Part shown: in pieces, positions 1 to 8,845 of the stretch
Numbering within the stretch: position 1 is the first letter of the stretch
Layout: each line of letters starts with the position of its first letter
IMG/VR virus record: IMGVR_UViG_3300025810_000007
Coordinates: 1 to 57,845 of that record
Reading direction: 5' to 3' (one strand)
From: a virus
Lineage: Duplodnaviria > Caudoviricetes
DNA length: 57,845 nt
Notes under the pieces: model-generated
The model's database searches: none
What the model was told of the DNA's origin: nothing
The model's input: the letters and a program-made list of their open reading frames with translations, nothing else
Position numbers and translations under genes: made by a program

Positions 1-397
1 TGTGATCGTGATATTGCCATTATTGTTCTCCTATTCTAGCTTTACGATTGTAGCTCAATTAGATTAGCAACTACTACTACAGATCTGAAAGCCGCATTTT
101 CATCGTTTTCAGGATCTTCAGCAGATCTTAATAATCTCCATGAAGCTGCATCAGCACTTGTATCTCCAATATCTAGTGTAGCTGAAGACTGACCAGTAGT
201 TGTACTACCAGCTGAAGCATTCATGTCATACGTTTCTAAATATCCAGATTGTGCTACTGCATCATCAGTTGCTACTACATATTGTTGTTGTGGGTTATCG
301 AATACAAATGCATCGATATCTTCCGAGTTTGCTGGTGTTACCTGAACGTAATGATTTGCAAACGTAGGCTTTAAAGTTGTAGCCGCGTTGTAAAATA
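1..397. repeat. Terminal direct repeat, left copy
   Basis: 1-127 is identical to 57449-57575; 128-397 aligns without gaps to 57576-57845 with about 22 substitutions (hand count). Confidence 0.95.
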
Positions 398-602
398 TTC
401 CGTTTAATACACCTAAAACAGGTGCATCAGTCGTTTGACCATCGATAATGTAACCAGCATTAGAAGCAACACAACCACCATGAAATATAGTCGTTGCATA
501 ACCCGCATCGATTTTGTACTTACCTTGACCAGAAGTCGCTGGAGTTGATCCAAGCGTTCCTGCAGGCACTAGTCCAAAACCTTGTGTGTTTCTATTTGCC
601 AT
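42..602 (-). CDS. Putative capsid decoration/cement protein
   Basis: 186 aa, A/T/G/D-rich, AAGGAG RBS; directly upstream of the major capsid gene once the genome is circularised. Function inferred from position. Confidence 0.55.
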   Translation of the reverse strand: MANRNTQGFGLVPAGTLGSTPATSGQGKYKIDAGYATTIFHGGCVASNAGYIIDGQTTDAPVLGVLNGIFYNAATTLKPTFANHYVQVTPANSEDIDAFVFDNPQQQYVVATDDAVAQSGYLETYDMNASAGSTTTGQSSATLDIGDTSADAASWRLLRSAEDPENDENAAFRSVVVVANLIELQS

Positions 603-618
603 AGTTGTTTCTCCTTAT

Positions 619-645
619 GTACCTGCCCCGAAGGGCCTCCAGTAC
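619..645 (-). promoter_or_regulatory. cUUCGg hairpin in the leader of the decoration/capsid genes
   Basis: Minus strand GTACTGGAG-GCCC-TTCG-GGGC-AGGTAC just 5' of the TAAGGAG RBS. Confidence 0.55.
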
Positions 646-673
646 GGTTTATAAATTCAGTGATTAAAAAAAA

Positions 674-1135
674 TTATTTTTTCGTACCACCGAAGGTTAC
701 ACGAGATTGTCTATCAACATTGATAGGCATTCTACTATCCTGCTCCTTCATAAGATCGTTATTTACTGCTTCGTCTTGTTGTTTATGTCTATTAGACATA
801 TAATCTTGACGTTGTCGCGCGATCTCTTCAGGTACCTTCGCAAGTAGAAGGCCACCGACCCCAATCACTCCCTTGTATTTGCCCTCATCGAGGACTGGAT
901 AATCAGATGCATTTTCAACTTCTTCAGCTCTTACTAATTCATATCCTTCTCTTAATCTTCCAGATATGTTTTTAGTGTCTTGAAAGCCGACGCTCTCTGC
1001 TCTTATCCATCTATACCTGAATCCATCAGGTGCAGGGGGTGCATCTAGAGAAGATGGTGGAACCCACACTTTAGGTCTTTCAGATTGTGACCGTGTTTGG
1101 TTCGCACGAGAAGTATTTTTTTCGTCTTTTGTCAT
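674..1135 (-). CDS. Conserved head-module hypothetical protein
   Basis: 153 aa with GFRYRWIR...LREGYELV motif; lies between scaffold and capsid genes; AAGGAG RBS. Confidence 0.6.
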   Translation of the reverse strand: MTKDEKNTSRANQTRSQSERPKVWVPPSSLDAPPAPDGFRYRWIRAESVGFQDTKNISGRLREGYELVRAEEVENASDYPVLDEGKYKGVIGVGGLLLAKVPEEIARQRQDYMSNRHKQQDEAVNNDLMKEQDSRMPINVDRQSRVTFGGTKK

Positions 1136-1136
1136 T

Positions 1137-2090
1137 TTACGCTCCTTCCGTGTTTTTTAATTGTTTTGCGTACTCTTCGAGTGGCACACCTAATTTTTTA
1201 GCTATTGCTACCTGTGATGATGTGAGTCTCACAGTTTTGCGACCAGGCTTTACGCTTCTATTAGCTGAAGCTACTGTCTGAACAGGAGCGGTCGTTTGCT
1301 TTGTTTCAGTATTACCAAATTTATGCGGAAAGTCAACTCTAATACGTTTATCAACTTCAGCATAATACTCGTTAGAACTTGGATCATACCCTTCTTTTTC
1401 AGTAAGATCCTTGTGTATCTCAAATGCAGTGTAAGTCATTGCTCTGTCAGTTCCAAACCATGAGTTTCTTGCAGCCCATGCTTCAGCCCTAGGATCCGTG
1501 TTAATTGGATCATCTTTTTGAGGAATGTTTACATTATTTGCTTGAGAGAGTTGTACAGGTTTTTCTTCTTGTGTTGTTTGTCTTCCCTCTTTAGCTGCAT
1601 CAAGTTTTGCATTCTCAAACGCGAGCATTGCAATTCTTTTATTAGCTTCAACTTGAGCACCTGCATCACCAGCTTCAATAGCAGCAGCTAATTCTTTTTG
1701 TGCAGCTTCTAAACCTGAAGATATAGTTGTCTCAAATTTTTTAATGTAATCAGAATCTGTCTTTTCAAAACGTTTTTCTAATTGTTGTCTTTTTTCTTCT
1801 ACATTTCTAGCATACTCAACAGCAGCCTGTTCTCTTCTTTCTGCTTCTCTCATTTTACGAGTTAATTTCGCAATACGAGCTTGTACACCTTTACTGTAGT
1901 CTTCTAACTCACTATCATCTTTTTTTTCTTCTAACTTTGTTTCTCGTTCGTTTTCATATGTTTTATCTGTTTCTTGTTCCGTTGTTTCCGGCTGTTCAAT
2001 TACAGCTTCTTCTTTTTTTTCTTCAATATCTACTGTAGCATCAGGTCCTGATGTATCAATAGGTACTAATTTTTCTTCTTTGTCTGGCAT
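1137..2090 (-). CDS. Putative capsid scaffolding protein
   Basis: 317 aa, acidic coiled coil, basic C-terminal tail (LTSSQVAIAKKLGVPLEEYAKQ), head-module position. Confidence 0.65.
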   Translation of the reverse strand: MPDKEEKLVPIDTSGPDATVDIEEKKEEAVIEQPETTEQETDKTYENERETKLEEKKDDSELEDYSKGVQARIAKLTRKMREAERREQAAVEYARNVEEKRQQLEKRFEKTDSDYIKKFETTISSGLEAAQKELAAAIEAGDAGAQVEANKRIAMLAFENAKLDAAKEGRQTTQEEKPVQLSQANNVNIPQKDDPINTDPRAEAWAARNSWFGTDRAMTYTAFEIHKDLTEKEGYDPSSNEYYAEVDKRIRVDFPHKFGNTETKQTTAPVQTVASANRSVKPGRKTVRLTSSQVAIAKKLGVPLEEYAKQLKNTEGA

Positions 2091-2108
2091 AGCTACTCCT
2101 TCCTATGT

Positions 2109-2513
2109 TTAGAACTCATGCAAGATGTCCTCTGGACTATCAATTGTTGCTAACACTTCATCGTCGTTTAGCAGACGCATTTCCCCACCATCTATTTTGA
2201 TTCGGCTGCCTGCATAACGCGCAAACATAACCCAATCTTTAACCTTGCACCATGGACCTTCAGGATATCTCTCCTTATCCTTATAACATTGTGGACCCAT
2301 GGCCATAACTAATCCTACTTGAGATGCAACTTGTTGTCTCTCTAATGTAGTTTCAGCTAATACTAATCCACCTTTAGTTTTCTCTTTCATTTTAAAAGGT
2401 AAAACTAACATTCTCCAACCTGTTGGTTGAGGTAGTTTAGGTTCTTTTTTTTCTGATTTTTTTACACCAATAAGATCATTTTTTGGTGTTAATATCGATG
2501 ACTGTTCCTTCAT
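2109..2513 (-). CDS. groES: GroES/Cpn10-like co-chaperonin
   Basis: PTGWRMLV...KTKGGLVL mobile loop...VMAMGP...FARYAGSRIKIDG...LLNDDEVLATI. Start moved to 2513 because of the AAGGAG RBS. Confidence 0.9.
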   Translation of the reverse strand: MKEQSSILTPKNDLIGVKKSEKKEPKLPQPTGWRMLVLPFKMKEKTKGGLVLAETTLERQQVASQVGLVMAMGPQCYKDKERYPEGPWCKVKDWVMFARYAGSRIKIDGGEMRLLNDDEVLATIDSPEDILHEF

Positions 2514-2700
2514 TGTGCTCCTTATCATTTAGCAGGTTAGAGATTTCCTGGTGCACTGATTCCAATGCATTGATTTGTCCTATTATATACTTGTAATTTT
2601 CCATACTGTCAACCCCTCCAGATGTGACTGATACGGATAAGTCTTCTGTTCTTTCTTTTAAAAATCTTAAAAGTTTATTTATTACTGTTTCTAATTGCAT
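2476..2700 (-). CDS. Hypothetical protein
   Basis: 74 aa (YKYIIGQINAL), packed between neighbouring genes in the operon. Confidence 0.7.
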   Translation of the reverse strand: MQLETVINKLLRFLKERTEDLSVSVTSGGVDSMENYKYIIGQINALESVHQEISNLLNDKEHNEGTVIDINTKK

Positions 2701-2994
2701 TTAGCACTTCCATCTTCTCCGTGCCTGTCTTATTCTTGAATTAGGATCGTTTCTTGTTTTAGCTGATGCTCTTTTTAATTGTCCAAGAGATCTTGCGCAG
2801 TATGATTTTCTACGTTTGGCAGCTTTTGATCCTGGCTTCACTTTTCCAGTCACGGCTGTTTTTAATTTAGAACCAGGGTTAAGTCTTCTATAAGCTTTAA
2901 CTCCAGCCTCTGTCATTCCAGCTCCACTTTTTGTGGATCTAAAATTCTTTTTGTTTCTTGCAGGCATTGTGCCTTTTGAATAATATTTTCTCAT
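2701..2994 (-). CDS. Small highly basic protein (DUF6321-like)
   Basis: RRKSYCARS...DPNSRIRQARRRWKC motif recalled from marine phage proteins; TAATG coupling to the upstream gene. Confidence 0.65.
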   Translation of the reverse strand: MRKYYSKGTMPARNKKNFRSTKSGAGMTEAGVKAYRRLNPGSKLKTAVTGKVKPGSKAAKRRKSYCARSLGQLKRASAKTRNDPNSRIRQARRRWKC

Positions 2995-3269
2995 TATGCT
3001 GTCTTCTTTTTCTTTGCAAATGTTGCAGCTCTACTCGGTGTTGGTCCTGTATTAGCCACTGCTTGTTTTCTTCTTACGGCACCCGCACGTTGCCCTTTGG
3101 ACATCGCTCTTGCTTTTGCAATAGGCACGCATTTTGGATAATTTTTTCTTTTTTCTCCACCACTTCTTCCACACTTCGGGTATGAGCCATCTGATTTTTT
3201 GTTTGCAATATCGACCCAGTTTTCCTTCACCCATGATCTTAAACCACCTTTTGAAAAATGCGTTCGCAT
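2994..3269 (-). CDS. Small basic protein (DUF5872-like)
   Basis: GGLRSWVKENWVD...CGR...YPKCVP motif; TAATG coupled. Confidence 0.6.
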   Translation of the reverse strand: MRTHFSKGGLRSWVKENWVDIANKKSDGSYPKCGRSGGEKRKNYPKCVPIAKARAMSKGQRAGAVRRKQAVANTGPTPSRAATFAKKKKTA

Positions 3270-3514
3270 TACGAATTCTTTCCGTAAGCTCTTCCTTTGC
3301 CTTTCATGGCTAACTTACATTTACTACCCATCTTAAATCCTGCTCTTCCACCTTTTGAAAAGTTCATCACCTCAAGATTTTTACCAGGATTTAATATAAA
3401 TTCTTCCCCATCCATTTTAATAATGATTGGTATTTTTTTCTGTTTTTTTGGTTTACCTGCAGTAGGACCTGCTTGTTTTTCTTTTTTTTTTTGAATAAAT
3501 TTAGATTCAGCCAT
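3269..3514 (-). CDS. Small basic protein with FSKGGRAGF motif
   Basis: 81 aa, Lys-rich, TAATG coupled on both sides. Confidence 0.7.
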   Translation of the reverse strand: MAESKFIQKKKEKQAGPTAGKPKKQKKIPIIIKMDGEEFILNPGKNLEVMNFSKGGRAGFKMGSKCKLAMKGKGRAYGKNS

Positions 3515-3717
3515 TATACTTGTCCTCCTTTTAGATATCTCATTCTAGTCATGTCCATCATTCCACCACCCATAGCTTTTTTACGGCTACCTTTTTTTCC
3601 ACCTGGTGTAATTTTACCTGAACAAACTCCAGAAGCATACATATTAGCATATGCTGATGGATATACTTTAAATTTTCTCTTCGCTGCTGCTTTTCCTTTT
3701 GGACAAAGTTTTGCCAT
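3514..3717 (-). CDS. Small basic protein (KFKVYPSAYAN family)
   Basis: 67 aa, TAATG coupled, ends YLKGGQV. Confidence 0.7.
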   Translation of the reverse strand: MAKLCPKGKAAAKRKFKVYPSAYANMYASGVCSGKITPGGKKGSRKKAMGGGMMDMTRMRYLKGGQV

Positions 3718-4076
3718 TATTTTTTCCTTAATTTTTTAAAGTCCGCTCCAGTAATTTTACCAAACGGTGCTGCTATATCTATATTTTTTTGTTTACCTAC
3801 AAGACCATTAGATCCACCTTTGTAACCAAATCTACGGCCCATCATTCCGCCGCCCATTTTATTTTCTCTCTTTGTAGCTTTTTCTTTTATATCAGCTAAA
3901 GTATTTTTTAATTTTAAACTAGAAGTTTTTGTTTTTTGTTTTAAAATATTTAATTTAGATAAAGCTTTTTCTTTTTTTGTTAGAGGAACATTTGGTTTCA
4001 CAGAACTAATAGTTGGTGAAACTTTACCCTTACCAAAAATCTTTTTACCTGCTTTTACAAAACTAAATAGACTCAT
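3717..4076 (-). CDS. Small basic protein with GG motifs
   Basis: 119 aa, Lys-rich, KMGGGMMGRRFGYKGGS and GKITGADFKKL. Confidence 0.7.
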   Translation of the reverse strand: MSLFSFVKAGKKIFGKGKVSPTISSVKPNVPLTKKEKALSKLNILKQKTKTSSLKLKNTLADIKEKATKRENKMGGGMMGRRFGYKGGSNGLVGKQKNIDIAAPFGKITGADFKKLRKK

Positions 4077-4465
4077 TATTTTTTTCCTCCGCCGTTTCTA
4101 AAAATTTGTGTACCCTTTATACCATAAATACTCGCCACGACAAGGATCCAAAGATTTGTGAACCATGACGGGAGCTGCGAGAACATATCGAAGAACAATT
4201 TTACCTTGTCCATCGCTGTTGGATCGTCCGATACGACTGCCCAAGCAAGCACCAACACGGGCAAACTTAAAATTATTAAAACTGCCTCGTCCTTCCAGTC
4301 TGATTGTCTGGCTTCTAAAAGTTTTCCCTGGTAAGCTTCCTCTCCAGAGGCCATACGAGAGGCATGCATCAGTTGTGCTTCTGACATTGCCATTTTCGTC
4401 TTCTGCTTGTTCTCGTAAATCTTACTTCCAGCAGAAACGGCTAGTTTAATTGCCGATAACCACAT
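4076..4465 (-). CDS. Putative holin (3TM/GTA-holin-like)
   Basis: Amphipathic N-terminus, SDWKDE motif, two hydrophobic helices, basic C-terminus. Confidence 0.55.
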   Translation of the reverse strand: MWLSAIKLAVSAGSKIYENKQKTKMAMSEAQLMHASRMASGEEAYQGKLLEARQSDWKDEAVLIILSLPVLVLAWAVVSDDPTAMDKVKLFFDMFSQLPSWFTNLWILVVASIYGIKGTQIFRNGGGKK

Positions 4466-4468
4466 AAT

Positions 4469-4648
4469 TTAGTACCAAGTAGCTTCTTTTTTCTTGTTAG
4501 CTAGCATTCTTTTAGTACCTCTAACTTTTTCCTTGTCTCCAGTAGGAATATAGTTGAAAGCACCATCAGCAGTAGTTTTAGATCTTGGATCTACCTCTAC
4601 ATTCTGCTCTGGAACCGCTATTTGTTTTGCTTTTTTATAGTTCATCAT
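4469..4648 (-). CDS. Small hypothetical protein (59 aa, absent from ORF track)
   Basis: Hand translation MMNYKKAKQIAVPEQ...KKKEATWY*; TAAGGAG RBS; fills the gap between portal and holin. Confidence 0.75.
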   Translation of the reverse strand: MMNYKKAKQIAVPEQNVEVDPRSKTTADGAFNYIPTGDKEKVRGTKRMLANKKKEATWY

Positions 4649-4666
4649 AATATTATCTCCTTAACA

Positions 4667-7120
4667 TTAATTATCGTCCATTACAATAGCTGCTTGATCA
4701 ATTCCTGACTTTGCAAGACTGACTCCAGCTCGTAATTTTGCTAAATCTTCGTTTTGATCCATTTTATCCTCTGCAAGATCTTGTGCTTGCATTAATTTAG
4801 ACCTTTGAAGATCTTGATTTGCCTCATCATTTATTCTTTTTCTTTCATTTTCCATCGCACGTAAGTCAACTTCACGTGATTTTAGTTTTAATAGAGGGTC
4901 ATTATCAAATTGTGACGTAATTTTTTTCTCTTCTTTCATATATTCTTCAGTCATCTCTGCAATTAAGATAGCTTTTCGTGCTTCAATTTGATTTGTTATC
5001 TGTTGTAACTGTGCTTGAACCTGTGGATTAGTCGCTGCCTGCTGTTGCATCATCATCATTTGTTGCATTTGTTCTCTAAACTCTAATTGTACTTGCTCTT
5101 GAGCCATAATTGATATGTGTTCAAGAATATTTTTTTGTATTGCAGCCATAACTGCAGGATTATTTCTTACAATATTAGTCGACATAAAATTTAAGTGAGC
5201 TGTAATGTGTGCTCTATGGTCTTGACCAGGAAAAGCTCTAAAAGGTTTGCCACCTAAAGCATTAATGTGTTCTAAACTTGGGTCCATCGGTGCTGTTGGC
5301 GCCGGTGGTGGTAAAACTGCATCAACATCTTTAACACCTATCGCTTCATACATTCCTCGATACACTTGATACATGTTATGTAATTGTGGATTTGATGTTG
5401 CAATCTGCAACTGTGTTTGTGCTAAAGTAATTCTTTGAGACATTGAAAAAATATTAGGATCAGCAACTGGTATTACATCAACTCTATCATCAAAATCTGA
5501 TTGTTTAATATTTCTTGCACCACCTACAACATCAAATGGATATTCTGGTGGTAAATATTGTGAAACAATTTTAGATAATAATCTAAATTCTGATTTCATC
5601 GCTGCGTAACATCTTTTATGAATTGCAGACATAACTCTTGATCCTCTCTCAAGAAGAGCAATTGTAGTTCCTACAGCTGCACCTTGATTTCCATCGCCCA
5701 CTTGCATATCAGCAATAGCCGCGAATCTTTGACCTGCTTGTACAACGATACCTAAAAGATTTAATAAAGTCTGTGATGGTTCTTTGTATGGTAAAGGAAA
5801 GAATGCATCTCTTAAATTTCCACCTGGTGCATCTACATCTTTAAATTCACCTGGTTGAATAGGTGATGCTTCATCCCTAACTCTTACACCTCTCTGCTTA
5901 AATCCTGCTGGAAGATTTGAGAGAGTTCCTGCATCTAATAATTGACGGAGAGCCGCCGTTGCCGTACGACTCAATCCGCCAATCATGTGAATGAGTCCAA
6001 AGCCATAAAATCCAAGTCCTGGCAGAAATTTAAAATGGACAAAATATTGGATCTTACTTTTCTTTAGATCATTGGGCGCATAGTTCCTTCTAATAGAAAG
6101 AACTTTTCTATTGCCTTCTTCTACAGTTACTACGTAGGGCAATTTTATTCCGGTTGGCTCATTTTGTGCATCAACCTCTTCAAAACCTTCTAGGTCTAAA
6201 TTAACATGACATTCTAACAAAGTATATACAGGTTCATTCTTACCTGTTTTTTTTGTACCATCTAACTCACGTTCTTTTTTTGCAAGTTCATTATTTGTGT
6301 CTGTGCCTGGAGGACCTAACTCTACATCTCTATAGAATCCTGACACTTGTTGTTTTCTTAATTCGTTTTCAGAAATTTTTATTTTATGAATAACTGCCTC
6401 CGCATCGTCTAATGAGGTAGCCGTATACGGGACAATTAATTCATCTGCAGGTACAAACTTTGATACTGCTCTGCCCATAGGGACATCGTAGTATACTTTT
6501 TTAAAAGTTGATCCTGCTAATGGTAAGTGAAATAACATAGAATCGAATTCCGATTCATACTCTTTCATCTGATCCATAATTAGGTAATTCATAAAATCCT
6601 TAACACGATTTGCTTGTTGTTCTGTTCCAGGATTTTTAACACCAATAACCTGTGTTCTTACAGGTCCATCTGATGGTAGTAATTCTTTGTAAGCTTGTGC
6701 TTGAAACTGTGTGACTGCTTCAGCAAGAACTGGGTGAGTTGCACCACTAGCTCCTTGAAAAGGTTCAGTTCTATTTTCATATTTAAATCCTAAAAGATCT
6801 AAACCTGTGATATACGCTTGTTCCCATTCTTTTCTTGAAGTTTTATAATCCATATAATTTTGAGTCATCTCATTACCAATTGGATCTAAAACATCATCTG
6901 GTAAAAGATCTGCTAAATTATCAAAATGTGATTCTGTTCCAGGTACATTAATTGAACCTGGTTCGTAATCGATAGTTGCTCCACCATCTTCTTCAGGGAT
7001 AACTTCGATTGGTCCTTTTTCTGGTTGTTTTTCCTGAACAGCAATTTCTTGTATTTCTTCATCCGAAGGAATCTCAAGTTTATTTCTAGTGTTCGGGAGT
7101 CCTTTGTCTATTTCTGCCAT
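4667..7120 (-). CDS. Portal protein
   Basis: 817 aa; HPVLAEAVTQFQA, LPLAGSTFKKVYYD, GFYGFGL motifs and a long Q-rich C-terminal coiled coil; downstream of terL. Confidence 0.88.
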   Translation of the reverse strand: MAEIDKGLPNTRNKLEIPSDEEIQEIAVQEKQPEKGPIEVIPEEDGGATIDYEPGSINVPGTESHFDNLADLLPDDVLDPIGNEMTQNYMDYKTSRKEWEQAYITGLDLLGFKYENRTEPFQGASGATHPVLAEAVTQFQAQAYKELLPSDGPVRTQVIGVKNPGTEQQANRVKDFMNYLIMDQMKEYESEFDSMLFHLPLAGSTFKKVYYDVPMGRAVSKFVPADELIVPYTATSLDDAEAVIHKIKISENELRKQQVSGFYRDVELGPPGTDTNNELAKKERELDGTKKTGKNEPVYTLLECHVNLDLEGFEEVDAQNEPTGIKLPYVVTVEEGNRKVLSIRRNYAPNDLKKSKIQYFVHFKFLPGLGFYGFGLIHMIGGLSRTATAALRQLLDAGTLSNLPAGFKQRGVRVRDEASPIQPGEFKDVDAPGGNLRDAFFPLPYKEPSQTLLNLLGIVVQAGQRFAAIADMQVGDGNQGAAVGTTIALLERGSRVMSAIHKRCYAAMKSEFRLLSKIVSQYLPPEYPFDVVGGARNIKQSDFDDRVDVIPVADPNIFSMSQRITLAQTQLQIATSNPQLHNMYQVYRGMYEAIGVKDVDAVLPPPAPTAPMDPSLEHINALGGKPFRAFPGQDHRAHITAHLNFMSTNIVRNNPAVMAAIQKNILEHISIMAQEQVQLEFREQMQQMMMMQQQAATNPQVQAQLQQITNQIEARKAILIAEMTEEYMKEEKKITSQFDNDPLLKLKSREVDLRAMENERKRINDEANQDLQRSKLMQAQDLAEDKMDQNEDLAKLRAGVSLAKSGIDQAAIVMDDN

Positions 7121-7129
7121 ATATTACTC

Positions 7130-8845
7130 CTAGTAGTTTCTAACACGGTTTTTAAGGGATAGCAACCCTAGAGGTTGAGGCCCTGATTCTGGAGGAGGTC
7201 CTGATGGATCACCTGCTTCTTTTGCAATACCACCACCTGCAGCTTGAAATTCATCTATTCTTTGTGAACCACCAATGCCTGGATCATAGTATCCTCGTTC
7301 TTCTGCTCGTTTTAATCTTTCCTCTGCAAATTTTGCTTCTGCTGCTCTATCTTTTTTTGCTTGTGATTCATACATATTTAAATCAAAAAAATCTCCAGTC
7401 TCTAGTTGTGGGTTTACTCTCGTAAAAGGTTGCATAGCTTTTAATACATCTTGTTCAGTTGTTACTTTACCAGGTCTGCTGACATATTGTTTTGGTTCAC
7501 CTAATTTATTTAAACCACTTAAATAACCTTGATAAACATCTGTTAGTTTATCTGCTTGTCCGTATCTTGGATCAGATTTTTTTAATTGTTCTTTCATGTC
7601 TTTACCAGCAAAACCAAAAGTTAAATTAGAAATTATCTCATCTTTGTTTGCACCAGTTGCATAATCTGTTGCTGCAAAGAAACCACCAAAAATTATTTCA
7701 GGAGCAATTAATCCTGCACCAAGAACTTTAGTTACATTAGCTACAGCTTTTGCACCTTTTGCTGTTTTAGTAATATTGTTTATTTTATTTATATTTAATC
7801 TATCTGCAGGTGATAAATTATCTCCACTTCTAACTTTTTCTAAACCTTTTCTAATACATGATATACTTGCACCTGCATCAAAATTTATTCTGCCACCTTC
7901 TTTTGCTGCTTTTGGTCCACAACCTATCGCTGCATATTTTTGTAATAAATTTTTTTGCAATGAATCTTTTCCTAGTTTTAATATTTCATCTGCTTTAGCA
8001 GATTTAGAATCTATTTTTTTTAATGTAGTGCCTGCTTCATCTGGAGCAATAGCAATACTTGGATCAGGTAATTTTTCTTTAATCATTAACCCTCCATCAA
8101 AGCCTGTTGCTTTGACATTTAATCTAGCTTTTGTTTTTGCATATTGAGGAAATTTTTTTCTTAACGCTCTATCTTCTTTTTGTTTTTGAGCTATCGCCAT
8201 TCTTTTTTCTGAAACAGATAAATTTTTATTATTCTGTATGTCATAAATATCTTTTGATATAGCTACTATTTTTTTTTCAAAAGGGTGATATTGTTTTATG
8301 TTTATATCTGCTGGTAGATAACCTAAATTTTTTAAAGTATCTAACTCTCCTAAAGATAAGTGAGCAAGTTGCAATCCATCTTTACCAGCTAATTTAGTTA
8401 AGATAGCAGGATTCGATCTGTATAAGTCTTTAGCTTTTCTGGCTTCTGCATATTTAGAAGTATTTTCTATTCTTTTTTTACCAGCTGATTTGTATTTTAA
8501 TTTTTCACCATACTTATCTTGTTCTTTTCTAGTAACAACTGATTTTCCAGAATATTCACTATCTCCTCTTAAATCTTTTTTATTTTGTTCAAATAGTTTA
8601 TCTTCTATTTTTATAGGAGGTGCATTGTCAATTGCAGCTTGAACTTCTTCTAAAGTACGCATTGCTGCATATTGATTTTTACCAGGAGTTTTAGCATAAA
8701 CAGTTCCAAATCTATTTGATCGTGGATATTGATATACATCTGTTTTAACAGGACTAGTGTCCGGGGGTGGTTGACTACCTCTTTTTAATTCTACTCTTAT
8801 CTCGTCATCATCATATAGATCGATAGTAGCTAACAAATCTTTCAT
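7130..8845 (-). CDS. Putative internal virion protein with GG-R-I motifs
   Basis: 571 aa, basic; AKEGGRINFDAG and FQAAGGGIA; Pro-rich C-terminus. Confidence 0.5.
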   Translation of the reverse strand: MKDLLATIDLYDDDEIRVELKRGSQPPPDTSPVKTDVYQYPRSNRFGTVYAKTPGKNQYAAMRTLEEVQAAIDNAPPIKIEDKLFEQNKKDLRGDSEYSGKSVVTRKEQDKYGEKLKYKSAGKKRIENTSKYAEARKAKDLYRSNPAILTKLAGKDGLQLAHLSLGELDTLKNLGYLPADINIKQYHPFEKKIVAISKDIYDIQNNKNLSVSEKRMAIAQKQKEDRALRKKFPQYAKTKARLNVKATGFDGGLMIKEKLPDPSIAIAPDEAGTTLKKIDSKSAKADEILKLGKDSLQKNLLQKYAAIGCGPKAAKEGGRINFDAGASISCIRKGLEKVRSGDNLSPADRLNINKINNITKTAKGAKAVANVTKVLGAGLIAPEIIFGGFFAATDYATGANKDEIISNLTFGFAGKDMKEQLKKSDPRYGQADKLTDVYQGYLSGLNKLGEPKQYVSRPGKVTTEQDVLKAMQPFTRVNPQLETGDFFDLNMYESQAKKDRAAEAKFAEERLKRAEERGYYDPGIGGSQRIDEFQAAGGGIAKEAGDPSGPPPESGPQPLGLLSLKNRVRNY

